Source: an uncultured delta proteobacterium (lineage in GTDB: Bacteria > Desulfobacterota > Zymogenia > Zymogenales > Zymogenaceae). From it: DNA of 64,000 nt. Each line of letters begins with the position of its first letter. Within the stretch, counting starts at the first letter, position 1. Both the position numbers and the translations under genes were made by a program. Below the pieces are notes generated by a model. That model was not told where the DNA came from. It was given only the letters and a program-made list of their open reading frames with translations, and searched no databases. Shown here in pieces: positions 1-10,493 of the stretch. The stretch covers positions 128,001 to 192,000 of the forward strand of contig CAWBYW010000007.1 in the NCBI GenBank assembly GCA_963792965.1, read 5' to 3'.

Positions 1-438
1 TTCGTCCATACGAAGATCATCGAGGGAAGTGAGGTCAAGAAAATCGCCGATCGGATGGTGAAATTCGGTGCGCGAAAGGGGAAAGCCAATTTTGACCGTG
101 ATGCCGCGGGAGTTAAGAACTCCGAGGTCATTCTCCTGGTCGGCATAAAGGATGCGACGCCGATACAGCTCAACTGTGGTGCGTGCGGGTACGACACCTG
201 CGGAAAACTTGAAAAACGAGAGGGGCCGGAGTTCGCCGGCCCCCATTGCGCCCTCAGGCTGCTCGATATGGGCATAGCCCTCGGCTCGGCAGTAAAAACC
301 GCCTCGATCCTGAATGTCGACAACCGGATCATGTACCGACTCGGCGCGGTCGCGCGCGACATGGGCATCGTCGACTGGGATTTTGTGATGGGAATCCCCC
401 TGTCTGCAACGGGAAAGAACATTCACTTTGACCGATAG
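1..438 (+). CDS. DUF2148-type ferredoxin-like domain protein (5' truncated by window)
   Basis: Frame open back to base 1; NCGACGYDTC cluster, C..LLDMGIALGSA and VDNRIMY motifs. Confidence 0.8.
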   Translation, partial: FVHTKIIEGSEVKKIADRMVKFGARKGKANFDRDAAGVKNSEVILLVGIKDATPIQLNCGACGYDTCGKLEKREGPEFAGPHCALRLLDMGIALGSAVKTASILNVDNRIMYRLGAVARDMGIVDWDFVMGIPLSATGKNIHFDR

Positions 439-1360
439 CACTCACGATAGCGTCCCGCAGGGAGGATCGGGAAGCGACGGGCGTTTTGCGGCACCGATCG
501 GCGACGGAAGGGACAAGAAGATTGGTTTTCGTCTTCAGCTCGTTCTTTTTCTCGTTACCGTTATCACGACGCTCATCGCGGGAAGCTCTTTTTCGGTTCC
601 GCCGCAGGATTTGATCAAAGATCCGCTCCTCCTAAGAGAAGGGATACCCTTCTCTTTCTCGCTGCTCGCCATCCTTCTGTCCCACGAGATGGGCCACTTC
701 ATTACCTCCCGGCGCTACCGCGTGGACGTGACGCTCCCATACTTCATCCCGGCGCCGCCTATTTTCGGAACGTTCGGCGCGGTCATTAAGATGAAGTCGG
801 CCATCAGGCAGAAGGCGGTGCTCCTCGACATCGGCTCAGCGGGGCCGCTGGCCGGGGTGACGGTCGCTATCCCCCTCGTCGTGGTGGGCCTCCTGAATTC
901 TCACCTGGTCCCGATATCGGGAGCAGGAGGAGACTATCTGATATTCGGCGATTCCCTCCTGTTCAAGTTTCTTTCTTTTCTTGTCTTCGGGAAAATCCCC
1001 GAGGGGTACGACATCATGCTTTCGCCGATTGCCTTTGCCGGTTGGGCGGGTTTCCTGGTCACGGCGCTCAACCTCATGCCGATGGGACAGTTGGACGGAG
1101 GCCATATCTCCTACGCGCTGTTCGGACGGGGTCATCGTTACATATCGCGGGCCTTCGTGGGAGTTTTAATCGTGCTCGGGGTCGTCTATTACGTGGGGTG
1201 GCTCTTGTGGGCGGTCTTGGTGCTTATTATCGGTGTTGACCATCCTCCGGTCTATGACGATGAGTTGAAACTCGATACGAGGAGAATGATCATCGGCTGG
1301 TTTTGTTTTTTTCTCTTTATCGTGACTTTTATCCCAATACCGGTTAAGATAGACTTTTAG
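428..1360 (+). CDS. Site-2 protease (M50 family) membrane zinc metalloprotease
   Basis: HEMGH, AGPLAG and NLMPMGQLDGGH motifs; several TM segments. Confidence 0.92.
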   Translation: MTDSTHDSVPQGGSGSDGRFAAPIGDGRDKKIGFRLQLVLFLVTVITTLIAGSSFSVPPQDLIKDPLLLREGIPFSFSLLAILLSHEMGHFITSRRYRVDVTLPYFIPAPPIFGTFGAVIKMKSAIRQKAVLLDIGSAGPLAGVTVAIPLVVVGLLNSHLVPISGAGGDYLIFGDSLLFKFLSFLVFGKIPEGYDIMLSPIAFAGWAGFLVTALNLMPMGQLDGGHISYALFGRGHRYISRAFVGVLIVLGVVYYVGWLLWAVLVLIIGVDHPPVYDDELKLDTRRMIIGWFCFFLFIVTFIPIPVKIDF

Positions 1361-1446
1361 ATAGAAGCAGGATGAACGGTAGTCCGTCACGCACAGCAGA
1401 GGCCGGAAAAAGAAAACCCGACCTGTTTTGAAGAAAGGGAGGTCTT

Positions 1447-2292
1447 ATGTCTCAGTATATCCATGATGAGGGAAGCTTCGAGAGCGTTCACGCCACGAAG
1501 ATATATTTTCAGTTCTTCAAGCCCAGATCGTACAAAGACGTCATTATCTATATCCACGGGACGGGAGAACACAGCGGGAGATATCTCTTCCCCATCGAGT
1601 ATTTCATCGACAAAAAGGTCGCCTTTTACGGGCTGGATCTCCGCGGTCACGGCAGGTCGGGGGGAAAGTGGGGACACATCGACAGGTTTACCGATTATCT
1701 CAATGATTTAAAGACGTTCTATAACATCGTCAAAAAACGCGAGGGAGACAAGCGACTGTTCTTGATGGGACGCGGACTCGGCGGCCTGATCGCCGTACGC
1801 TACGTCGAGGAGTACCCGAACGACGTGGCCGGCGTTATCCTCTCCTCGCCTGCGCTGAAAGTTCGGCATGAGGTTTCGCCGCTGATGGTGACCATCGGGG
1901 AGAAGCTCTCGAAATACCTCCCGAGGTTTTCGATGACCAACGAGATCGACCCGATATTCCTCACGCACGACAAGGACGTCATCAAGAAATATATGGAAGA
2001 CGAGCTGGTACACAACAAGGTGACGGCACGCTTTTTTACCGAATGCCTATCGGCCATGAAGGTGGCGTTTCAAAAGGCGGAAACGGTAAACCTCCCGTTC
2101 CTGATCCTGCACGCGGGCGCCGACGAAGTAGTATCTCCCGAAGGGAGCCGCGAGTTCTTTGACACGATCCCGTCCGGAGACAAGACGCTCCTCATCTACG
2201 AGGGGATGTATCATGAGATCACCAACGAAGTCGAGCGGGGCCGCGTCTTCAAGGACATCGAAAAGTGGCTGAAACCGAGGATGAGCCAGTAG
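1447..2292 (+). CDS. Alpha/beta hydrolase, lysophospholipase/monoacylglycerol lipase family
   Basis: HGTGEHSGRY, DLRGHGRS, D.VV and YHEI motifs; nucleophile elbow reads GRGLGG instead of GHSxGG. Confidence 0.85.
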   Translation: MSQYIHDEGSFESVHATKIYFQFFKPRSYKDVIIYIHGTGEHSGRYLFPIEYFIDKKVAFYGLDLRGHGRSGGKWGHIDRFTDYLNDLKTFYNIVKKREGDKRLFLMGRGLGGLIAVRYVEEYPNDVAGVILSSPALKVRHEVSPLMVTIGEKLSKYLPRFSMTNEIDPIFLTHDKDVIKKYMEDELVHNKVTARFFTECLSAMKVAFQKAETVNLPFLILHAGADEVVSPEGSREFFDTIPSGDKTLLIYEGMYHEITNEVERGRVFKDIEKWLKPRMSQ

Positions 2293-2443
2293 CGCGGACG
2301 GGTGAACCGGCCGAACCTCCAGAAAGGGACGACGTGCGCCGTGTGAGGACGGGCCCCGCCGTTTTTCAGGAGCTGCCGGAAGGCAGATAGATCGAGGTCT
2401 GCAGGAACTGATGATGCGCAACGCAAACGGCTTCCCTTAGGTT

Positions 2444-3410
2444 TTATCGAAAGAGACACGCGCAGAGTCTGCCGCCGCCCTTGTTTTCGAGGGGCGGCTC
2501 TTTTTTTGAGCAGATCGGGCGCGCCTCGGGGCAGCGCGTGTGAAACCTGCAGCCCGACGGGATGAAGATGGGGCTGGGAATATCACCCTTGAGTATGACG
2601 CGCTTCTTTTTATGGTCACCCCCGACCGTGGGCACCGCCGAGAGGAGGGCGATAGTATAGGGGTGAAGCGGCTTGGCGTAGAGCTCTTCCTTAGGCGAGA
2701 GCTCGACGATCCGGCCGAGATACATGACGCCGACCCGGTCGCTCAGATACCGGACCACGCGAGAGGTCGTGAGAGATAAAGACATACGTAAGATTGAATT
2801 TTTCCTTCAGGGTGGTCAAGATATTGAGGATCTGCGCCTGGATCGAGACGTCGAGGGAAGAGACGGGCTCATCGGCGATGATCAGGTCGGGCCCGACGGC
2901 AAGAGCCCGGGCGATCCCTATGCGCTGACGCTGGCCGCCGGAAAACTCATGGGGATAGCGATAGAGGTGCTCTTCGGAAAGCCCCACCTGGCCGAGTATC
3001 TCCGTGATGCGGGGGCGCATCTCGGATTTCTTGCAGATGTGGTGGATCTCCATCCCCTCGGCGATGATGGAAAAGACGCTCTTTCGCGGGTTGAGCGAGG
3101 AATAGGGATCCTGAAAGATGATCTGGAGCTTCGCGCGGAGGCCCCGGAGGCCGGCGGGCGAAAATGTCGCCAGGTCGCGGCCGTCGTAGAAAACCTTTCC
3201 TTCGGTGGGTTCCTCCAGCCTGAGGACGAGCCTGCCGAGGGTGCTCTTGCCGCATCCGCTCTCCCCAACGATGCCGATTATCTCCCCACGCCGGATGGCG
3301 AGGTCAACTCCGTCCACCGCCTTGACGGTGAAATCCTTCTTCCGCAACAGTCCCCTGCTGACGGGATAATACTTCTTGAGGCCGATCAGAGAAATCAGTG
3401 GTTCCATCAT
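2444..3410 (-). CDS. Oligopeptide/dipeptide ABC transporter ATPase (OppF/DppF type), one frameshift near 2760
   Basis: [24 protein letters not shown]; C-terminal PLHPYT and GCRFHTRCP continue in the second frame (ORF 2444..2785). Confidence 0.88.
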
Positions 3411-3414
3411 ACGC

Positions 3415-4380
<966 letters not shown>

Positions 4381-4455
4381 GCGAATACCTCGTCTTTTTA
4401 TTGTAGACGAAACGTCGGGATAAGACAACGAAAAATCGAGTCCGCTCTTTTTGAC

Positions 4456-4511
4456 TTGACAGGCGGACCCGTAACGGTATAATAGTAACACGAAATACTA
4501 AATAATAACAC
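4456..4511 (+). promoter_or_regulatory. Sigma70 promoter of nikR with an adjacent putative NikR operator
   Basis: TTGACA(4456)-N16-TATAAT(4478), followed by GTAACA-N15-TAACAC (4485-4511) with NikR-like half-site spacing. Confidence 0.65.
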
Positions 4512-4527
4512 TATCGGGTGTTCGTGC

Positions 4528-4953
4528 ATGAGCAATCTCATCAGATTCGGCGTCTCACTTGACCGCGAGCTTTTACAGAAGTTCGACGCCTATCTCACCG
4601 AAAAGGGGTATGAGAACCGGTCGGAGGGTATACGCGACCTCATCCGAGACGCCCTTGTCAAGAAGGAGTGGGAAACCTCGGACAGCGAAGAGGAGCGTAT
4701 GGCCGTCGTATCCATTGTATACGACCACCATGAATCCGACCTCCCCACTAAGCTCACGGAAATTCAGCACGAACATCATGGGGTCGTCCATTCGGCCCTG
4801 CATATACACGTGGACCGCCACAACTGCCTTGAGATCCTCGTGCTGCGGGGATTGCCACGCCATATTATCGATCTCGGCAACAAGCTGATCAGCACGAGGG
4901 GCGTTCGTCACGGCAAGATGATCCTGACGACGACGGGAAGCGGCCTGAAGTAG
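4528..4953 (+). CDS. nikR: Nickel-responsive regulator NikR
   Basis: RHH N-terminus RFGVSL...NRSEGIRDLIR; YDHH and HIHVDRHNCLE nickel site. Confidence 0.96.
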   Translation: MSNLIRFGVSLDRELLQKFDAYLTEKGYENRSEGIRDLIRDALVKKEWETSDSEEERMAVVSIVYDHHESDLPTKLTEIQHEHHGVVHSALHIHVDRHNCLEILVLRGLPRHIIDLGNKLISTRGVRHGKMILTTTGSGLK

Positions 4954-4963
4954 GAGACGCAGC

Positions 4964-5645
4964 ATGCACATTCCGGATGGTTTTCTTTCGCTGTCGGTGA
5001 GCGCGGCAACGTATGCTGTATCGGCCGTAATCGGCGCGATAACGCTCTTTCAGGCAAAGAAGAAATTCGCCGAGCGCTTCGTTCCCCTTGCGGGAATCTC
5101 GGCGGCCTTCATCTTCGCTGCGCAGATGATCAATTTTCCTATTGGCGGCGGCACGAGCGGGCATTTCCTTGGGGCGATGCTGGCGTGTATCCTGTTGGGT
5201 CCATCGGCGGGATTTTGGGTCATGATCCTCGTGCTGACCGTGCAGTGTCTCGTCTTCGCTGACGGCGGCATTACATCCCTCGGGGCTAATGCGCTAAACA
5301 TGGGGATCGTCGGCAGGTATCATATCCTACGGCATCTTTATGCTGGTTGTTGCGATTCTCCCGAGGGGGAAGGGTTCCTTCTTGTCGGCGGCCTTCGGTG
5401 TCTCATGGTTTGCAGTCGTGCTTGCGGCCTTCGTGTGCAGCATGGAGCTCGGCATATCGGGCACAATTCCCTTCAGGGTAGTAGTTCCCGTTATGATCGG
5501 CTCTCATATTCTCATCGGACTGGGCGATTCGATCGTGACAACGGCGGTCCTTTCCTACATGCTCAATGCCAGGCCCGACCTCGTCTATGCATGGGTCGAG
5601 GGCAGGGCCTCGTACATGGAAAAAGAGGTGACGGCAAATGGATGA
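4964..5645 (+). CDS. ECF nickel/cobalt transporter S component NikM/CbiM, one frameshift near 5312
   Basis: MHIPDGFL N-terminus, TSGHFLG and FADGG motifs; C-terminal half in ORF 5340..5645. Confidence 0.88.
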
Positions 5646-5949
5646 GAAGAAGAAGAATATCCGATTCGTCGTCATCGCCCTCTTCGTATGCCTTGCCGTT
5701 GCGTTTTTCCTGTCGCCCTTTGCCTCACCGAACCCCGACGGCCTCGAAAAGGCTGCGGAAAAGCTGGGTTTCGCGCACCTCGGCGAGGCGTCGGTTTGGG
5801 CGCACTCGCTTATGCCCGACTACAGGGTCCTGTTTCTCGGAGGAACGAGGGGCTCGGGGATGGTTGCGGGCCTCATCGGGACGCTGCTGGTATTTGCCCT
5901 CGGATGGGGGGTGGGGGCAATCCTCAAGAGGAAGAAGAAGGATACCTGA
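5638..5949 (+). CDS. PDGLE-domain membrane protein (NikN-like)
   Basis: SPFASPNPDGLE and MPDY motifs, two TM helices. Confidence 0.9.
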   Translation: MDEKKKNIRFVVIALFVCLAVAFFLSPFASPNPDGLEKAAEKLGFAHLGEASVWAHSLMPDYRVLFLGGTRGSGMVAGLIGTLLVFALGWGVGAILKRKKKDT

Positions 5950-5992
5950 GTACCATCGTGGCGCCGTGACGCGTGAAATCGGCACGAAATGA

Positions 5993-6018
5993 GAAACCCG
6001 ACACGTGTCGGGTTTTTT
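5993..6018 (+). terminator. Intrinsic terminator after nikMN
   Basis: AAACCCGACAC-GTGTCGGGTTTTTT hairpin plus U-tract. Confidence 0.7.
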
Positions 6019-6042
6019 CTTTGGACTATCCGGCCGGGATTC

Positions 6043-6711
6043 TCACTCGATCCCGAGGATCTGCATCCCCTTGTCGCGGAGCTCCTCGAAAGAATCCGGT
6101 CCGCCCTTGAAGACGAGACTGATCCCTTCCATGCCCTCGTCGAAGATATCGAGATTCGTAGAGTGAGCGGCGGTAAAGATGATGATGTTGCGCGTGGGAA
6201 CCTGCTTGCGGACGATAGAGATGAACGTAGTCCCTGACATCGTCGGCAACACCATGTCGATGACGAGAAGATCGGGAAGTCCCTTTTTTAATTCGACAAG
6301 GCCCTCCTCGGCCGTTTCCACTAGCACGATGTCCCGTACATCGTCTGAAAAGAGGTCGTGGATCTGTTTGCGGGTCAGCTCGGAATCCTCGACGACGAGG
6401 ACTCTCTTATCGGCCTTCGGCTTGCCCTTAGGAACCTTCTTCATGACGAATTTCTTGACAAGCCTCGTCTTGGGAGACGGGGAATCGGCCGAGGCCTGAT
6501 CGGAGGCGTCGGCCGATTTCTTGTCGGTGCCGTCGTTTTGAGGCGCCGGTTTCTCGGCTACCGGATAGGCATCGGAGTCAAATCCGAATATAAACTCCGT
6601 ACCGCACTGGGAGCATTTTATCGGACGCGTGGCGCTTTCCGAGACCACTTCTTCAAGGTCGAGGAATATTTTTTTCTTGCATTTTGGGCAGTGGGTTTCG
6701 ATCAGGTTCAT
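6043..6711 (-). CDS. Zinc-ribbon plus receiver-domain response regulator
   Basis: CPKC...CSQC, low-complexity linker, then VLVVEDS, LVIDMVLP and IFTA receiver motifs. Confidence 0.8.
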   Translation of the reverse strand: MNLIETHCPKCKKKIFLDLEEVVSESATRPIKCSQCGTEFIFGFDSDAYPVAEKPAPQNDGTDKKSADASDQASADSPSPKTRLVKKFVMKKVPKGKPKADKRVLVVEDSELTRKQIHDLFSDDVRDIVLVETAEEGLVELKKGLPDLLVIDMVLPTMSGTTFISIVRKQVPTRNIIIFTAAHSTNLDIFDEGMEGISLVFKGGPDSFEELRDKGMQILGIE

Positions 6712-6860
6712 GGTAGTTTCATCGTCCTCTTACCTAAAATTATATGTGATTAGTCCCGAATGTGTCAAGGGGATAACTCTTTCTCTCGTTTATGTGCTCC
6801 TGCCGTATCTCCATTGACATTCATCGACGGATATGATACATGGAAAGGAGAGGGGATGTT

Positions 6861-7478
6861 ATGCAGATCATCAGAATCAATCCCAAGAATCCGGAAAATC
6901 GCCTCATCAGAGTGGTTGTCGAAAGACTCAGACAGGGAGGGGTGATCGCCTATCCTACGGATACCATCTACGGTATCGGGTGCGACATCTTCCAAAAAGG
7001 CGCGATAGAGCGCGTCTACAAGATAAAGGAGAAAGACCCGCACAAGCCCCTCAGTTTCCTCTGCCCGAATCTCAATGATATCAGTACATTTGCCCAGGTG
7101 GGAAACCAGGCCTACAAGATCATGAAACGGCTCGTGCCCGGACCTTACACGTTTATCCTCGAGGCGTCCCGGAATGTCCCGAAGATCATGCTCAGCAAGA
7201 GAAAAACCGTGGGCATCAGGATACCGGATAACAGGATCTGCATCGAGCTTGTTCAATCCCTCGGAAACCCGATCATCACGACGAGCGTCAGGGATAAGGA
7301 GAACGAGCTTTTCAACGATGCCGAGGAGATCGCGGAGCGGTTCGGGAAACTTCTCGATATCGTAGTCGACGGGGGGAAGATTGTGCCCTATCATTCCACG
7401 ATCATCGACCTCACGGCAGATACCCCCACGATCGTGCGTGAAGGAAAGGGCGATACGTCGATCGTCTTCGAGGAGTGA
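6861..7478 (+). CDS. L-threonylcarbamoyladenylate synthase (Sua5/YrdC/YciO family)
   Basis: AYPTDTIYGIGC, PGPYTFIL, VGIRIP, STIIDL. Confidence 0.92.
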   Translation: MQIIRINPKNPENRLIRVVVERLRQGGVIAYPTDTIYGIGCDIFQKGAIERVYKIKEKDPHKPLSFLCPNLNDISTFAQVGNQAYKIMKRLVPGPYTFILEASRNVPKIMLSKRKTVGIRIPDNRICIELVQSLGNPIITTSVRDKENELFNDAEEIAERFGKLLDIVVDGGKIVPYHSTIIDLTADTPTIVREGKGDTSIVFEE

Positions 7479-7569
7479 GTGGGCGGTCCGTTATTTTATC
7501 GCCGGGACGGGAATTATATGGAATTTGTCGGAGTTATTTAGTATACTGAATCGGATTTTTGCCGGGAAG

Positions 7570-7819
7570 AATGCGATATCGATAGAGGCTCGGGTCAAGC
7601 TCCATTATGTGCTGAAAACGCATGCACCCAGGAGAAACTCCAAGAAACCGTTTGTTCTGACTCTCGCCGACGGTGCCATTATCGGGGAAGTAATTACCAC
7701 CCTCGGGTTGCTGAATGATCGGACTAAGTACTATTCGTCGGATCCGAACGGCCGGGAAAGACCGACTTCTTATCGACGGGGATACCCGTAGAATCCTCCC
7801 GCCGGTTATCGATGGATGA
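7570..7819 (+). pseudogene. Degenerate MoaD/ThiS sulfur-carrier gene
   Basis: IEARVKLHYVLK...LADGAIIGEVITTLGL in one frame; LIDGDTRRILPPVIDG* in another frame (7769-7819); terminal GG replaced by DG. Confidence 0.5.
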
Positions 7820-7911
7820 ATAAGTTGTCACTGCAGCGTTTTCTTAATGTATCTCGGGCACACGAAGCATACGTGGCGGCAGATGAACTGACGAACGTGA
7901 CGACAGAACAT

Positions 7912-7937
7912 AACCTCCCAAAATGGGAGGTTTTTTT
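7912..7937 (+). terminator. Intrinsic terminator
   Basis: AACCTCCCA-AAA-TGGGAGGTTTTTTT. Confidence 0.7.
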
Positions 7938-7999
7938 GTATCCGCGGAGCAGCCACTGTGAGCGGGATAAGAGAATCCGGGGCAAGAACTAAAATTTCC

Positions 8000-8038
8000 T
8001 TGACATATATAACGTTGTTCCGTACGATAACATCGTTC
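8000..8038 (+). promoter_or_regulatory. Sigma70 promoter of the TetR gene with candidate operator repeats
   Basis: TTGACA(8000)-N17-TACGAT(8023); ATAACGTTGTTC (8009) and ATAACATCGTTC (8027). Confidence 0.55.
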
Positions 8039-8054
8039 ACAAGCCGGCCTTTTG

Positions 8055-8720
8055 ATGAACCCAGTAGAACGTCCTGACATGGAAAACGTCATTGCCCTGC
8101 GGATTGAAGCGGAAAAACAAGAACGGATTGAGCGAATCCTGAACGCAGCACTGAAGCTCTTTCTGGAAAAAGGGTATCTCGGCGCTACTATGCGCGACAT
8201 CGCTCTTGAAGCCGAGCTTTCCACCGGGGCCATCTACGTCTATTTCTCCGGGAAAGACGAGATTTACGAAAAAGTCTGTGAAGAGGCGTTCCTGGTCGTT
8301 ATCGGTCTTATCAAGGAGGCGGCCTCGATAGGGGGCGCACCAAAAGATCGCATACGGGCAATCGCTCACCAATATGTTACCTTCTATACCGACTATGCCG
8401 AGTATTTCGAAATGCTCACGTTCCATGATCTCGGTTTTACTAAACGCGGTCAATCGGAACATCTCAGAGAACGGCTCAAGGATTTGACCGCGCAGGCCGT
8501 GAGTATCATCGAAGCCGTCGTCGTGGACGGAGTAGCCACCGGGGATTTTTCATCAGACCTCGACAGCACCCAGGCAAGTTTCAACCTTTGGGCGGGATTG
8601 GAGGGTGTTCTCATCCTCGATATGATGGGGTATCTCAAGAGCTTTAATCTGGATCTGGAAAAGGTCGTACTGTCTCAGCTGGAAATATTGCTCACGGGCG
8701 TCATTGCAAGAGCCCGGTAA
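8055..8720 (+). CDS. TetR/AcrR family transcriptional regulator
   Basis: ILNAALKLFLEKGY.ATMRDIA.EAELSTGAIYVYFSGKDEI helix-turn-helix. Confidence 0.93.
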   Translation: MNPVERPDMENVIALRIEAEKQERIERILNAALKLFLEKGYLGATMRDIALEAELSTGAIYVYFSGKDEIYEKVCEEAFLVVIGLIKEAASIGGAPKDRIRAIAHQYVTFYTDYAEYFEMLTFHDLGFTKRGQSEHLRERLKDLTAQAVSIIEAVVVDGVATGDFSSDLDSTQASFNLWAGLEGVLILDMMGYLKSFNLDLEKVVLSQLEILLTGVIARAR

Positions 8721-8828
8721 TAAAACAACGCTTCGTCGCGAAGAGCAAACGAAGCGAAAGACGATGATAACAGATCATTATCGGATCGTTTGAAACAGGC
8801 CTTCATATAAAATAAGTAGTATGAGGAG

Positions 8829-10115
8829 ATGACTATGGGCGCCCAACTTACCAAGGATCAGCTGAATGAGATAAAGAAACAAGCGCTGGATGACTATTCC
8901 CGGTATGTCAATCCCCAGAAAGCACGGGTATTAAAGAACGCCGGGCTTGACATTATCGAGGGTAAGCGGGAGGGAGCGGCGGTATGGGATATCACGGGTA
9001 AGAAGTACATCGACTGTATCACGTCGGCCGGATCGTTCAATGTCGGGAGAAGGAACCCCGAGATCATTGCCGCCTTGAAGCAGGCGCTTGACGAATACGA
9101 TCTGGGCGTCTTTCTCCTCTGCAGCAAGCCCAAGGCGGACCTGGCCAAAAGGCTCGCGGAGATCACCCCGGGCGACCTCCAGTACGTCATGTACGGGTCG
9201 GGAGGCGGAGAAGCCAACGACTTCGCCATCAAGCTCGCCCGCGGGTACACGATGAAGAATGAAGTCATCTCAACGATCAAAGCATATCACGGCCATACCG
9301 GATTTTCACTTGCCGCCATCGGTCGGGAGGAATACAGAAAGCCATTCGGCGCGATGGTCCCGGGGTACAAACACGTCCCCTATAACAACCTCTCCGCAAT
9401 GGAAGAGGCGATCACCGAGGATACCGCCTGCGTGATCATTGAGCCGGTTCAGGGGGAGGGGGGCATCTACCCCGCCTCGGACGACTACATGAAGGGGCTC
9501 AGAAAGATTTGCGACGACCACGAAGTACTCCTCATCTTCGACGAGATCCAGACGGGATTCGGACGCACGGGCAAGATGTTCTGTTGCGAATATTCGGGCG
9601 TCGTCCCGGACATCATGACCGTGGCCAAATCGCTGGGCGGCTCCATCTACCCGATATCGGCCACGATATACCGCGGGGAGCTCGGGGACTTCGTGATGAC
9701 GCACGCCTTCACCCACCTGTCCACGTTCGGGGGCTCGGACCTCGGGTGTATCGTGGGGCTTGCCGTTATCGACTATATCACGAAGCACAAGCTGCCCGAG
9801 CACGCGGCAAAGATGGGCGAGCGCTTCCAGAAAGGGTTCGACGAGCTGTTAAAGAAGTATCCCGAGCTGCTCACGGAGGTCCGACGCAAGGGCCTCATGA
9901 TGGGCCTCCAGTATACCAACGACAGCATCGGGCCGCGGATGAGCTATCAGCTGGCCCAGAACGGCGTTATGGCGATCTATACGGGGAACGAGCCGTCGGT
10001 CATGCGCATCATGCCCTCGCTCGTCATAGAGCCCGACGAGGTCGATTTCGTAATCGAGGCCATCGATACGTCGATGGCCGAGATCATGAAACAGGGCGGC
10101 ATAGAGAAATATTAA
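8829..10115 (+). CDS. Class-III PLP aminotransferase (omega-transaminase-like), copy 1
   Basis: [37 protein letters not shown]. Confidence 0.93.
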   Translation: MTMGAQLTKDQLNEIKKQALDDYSRYVNPQKARVLKNAGLDIIEGKREGAAVWDITGKKYIDCITSAGSFNVGRRNPEIIAALKQALDEYDLGVFLLCSKPKADLAKRLAEITPGDLQYVMYGSGGGEANDFAIKLARGYTMKNEVISTIKAYHGHTGFSLAAIGREEYRKPFGAMVPGYKHVPYNNLSAMEEAITEDTACVIIEPVQGEGGIYPASDDYMKGLRKICDDHEVLLIFDEIQTGFGRTGKMFCCEYSGVVPDIMTVAKSLGGSIYPISATIYRGELGDFVMTHAFTHLSTFGGSDLGCIVGLAVIDYITKHKLPEHAAKMGERFQKGFDELLKKYPELLTEVRRKGLMMGLQYTNDSIGPRMSYQLAQNGVMAIYTGNEPSVMRIMPSLVIEPDEVDFVIEAIDTSMAEIMKQGGIEKY

Positions 10116-10132
10116 GTCACAGGAGGTTTTTT

Positions 10133-10492
10133 ATGGCGACAGCGGACGAAATCTGGGAGGCCCTTGCCGACTTTACCGAGCAGTGTAACAGTAACAAACG
10201 GCTCAGGAAGATGCAAAGGGATTGGACGAAGGTTATGCACTTTAAGGCCTCGGATACGGGAGACTCCTTTACTATGAAGGTCGTCGAAGGCGAGATCGTC
10301 AAGAATGATCGGGGATCGATCGGGACTCCCGACATCATCGTCGAGACGGAGAGTGAGACGATGTGTGATATGTTCTGGGGAGATATCAATCCCACGCAGA
10401 AGTATCTCCGGGGCGAGATCAAGGTCAAGGGAACCCAGGAGGACGTCATGCGCATCGATGTCATCTCCGCGGTCATCTGGCCGGAGGTGTAG
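10133..10492 (+). CDS. SCP2 sterol/lipid-binding domain protein
   Basis: AGGAGG RBS; PDIIVETESETMCDMFWGDINPTQKYLRGEIKVKG fits the SCP2 pattern. Confidence 0.82.
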   Translation: MATADEIWEALADFTEQCNSNKRLRKMQRDWTKVMHFKASDTGDSFTMKVVEGEIVKNDRGSIGTPDIIVETESETMCDMFWGDINPTQKYLRGEIKVKGTQEDVMRIDVISAVIWPEV

Positions 10493-10493
10493 C

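Noticed and set aside
7845-7911. Possible riboswitch before the terminator at 7912
   Set aside because: No convincing match to any riboswitch consensus I can recognise
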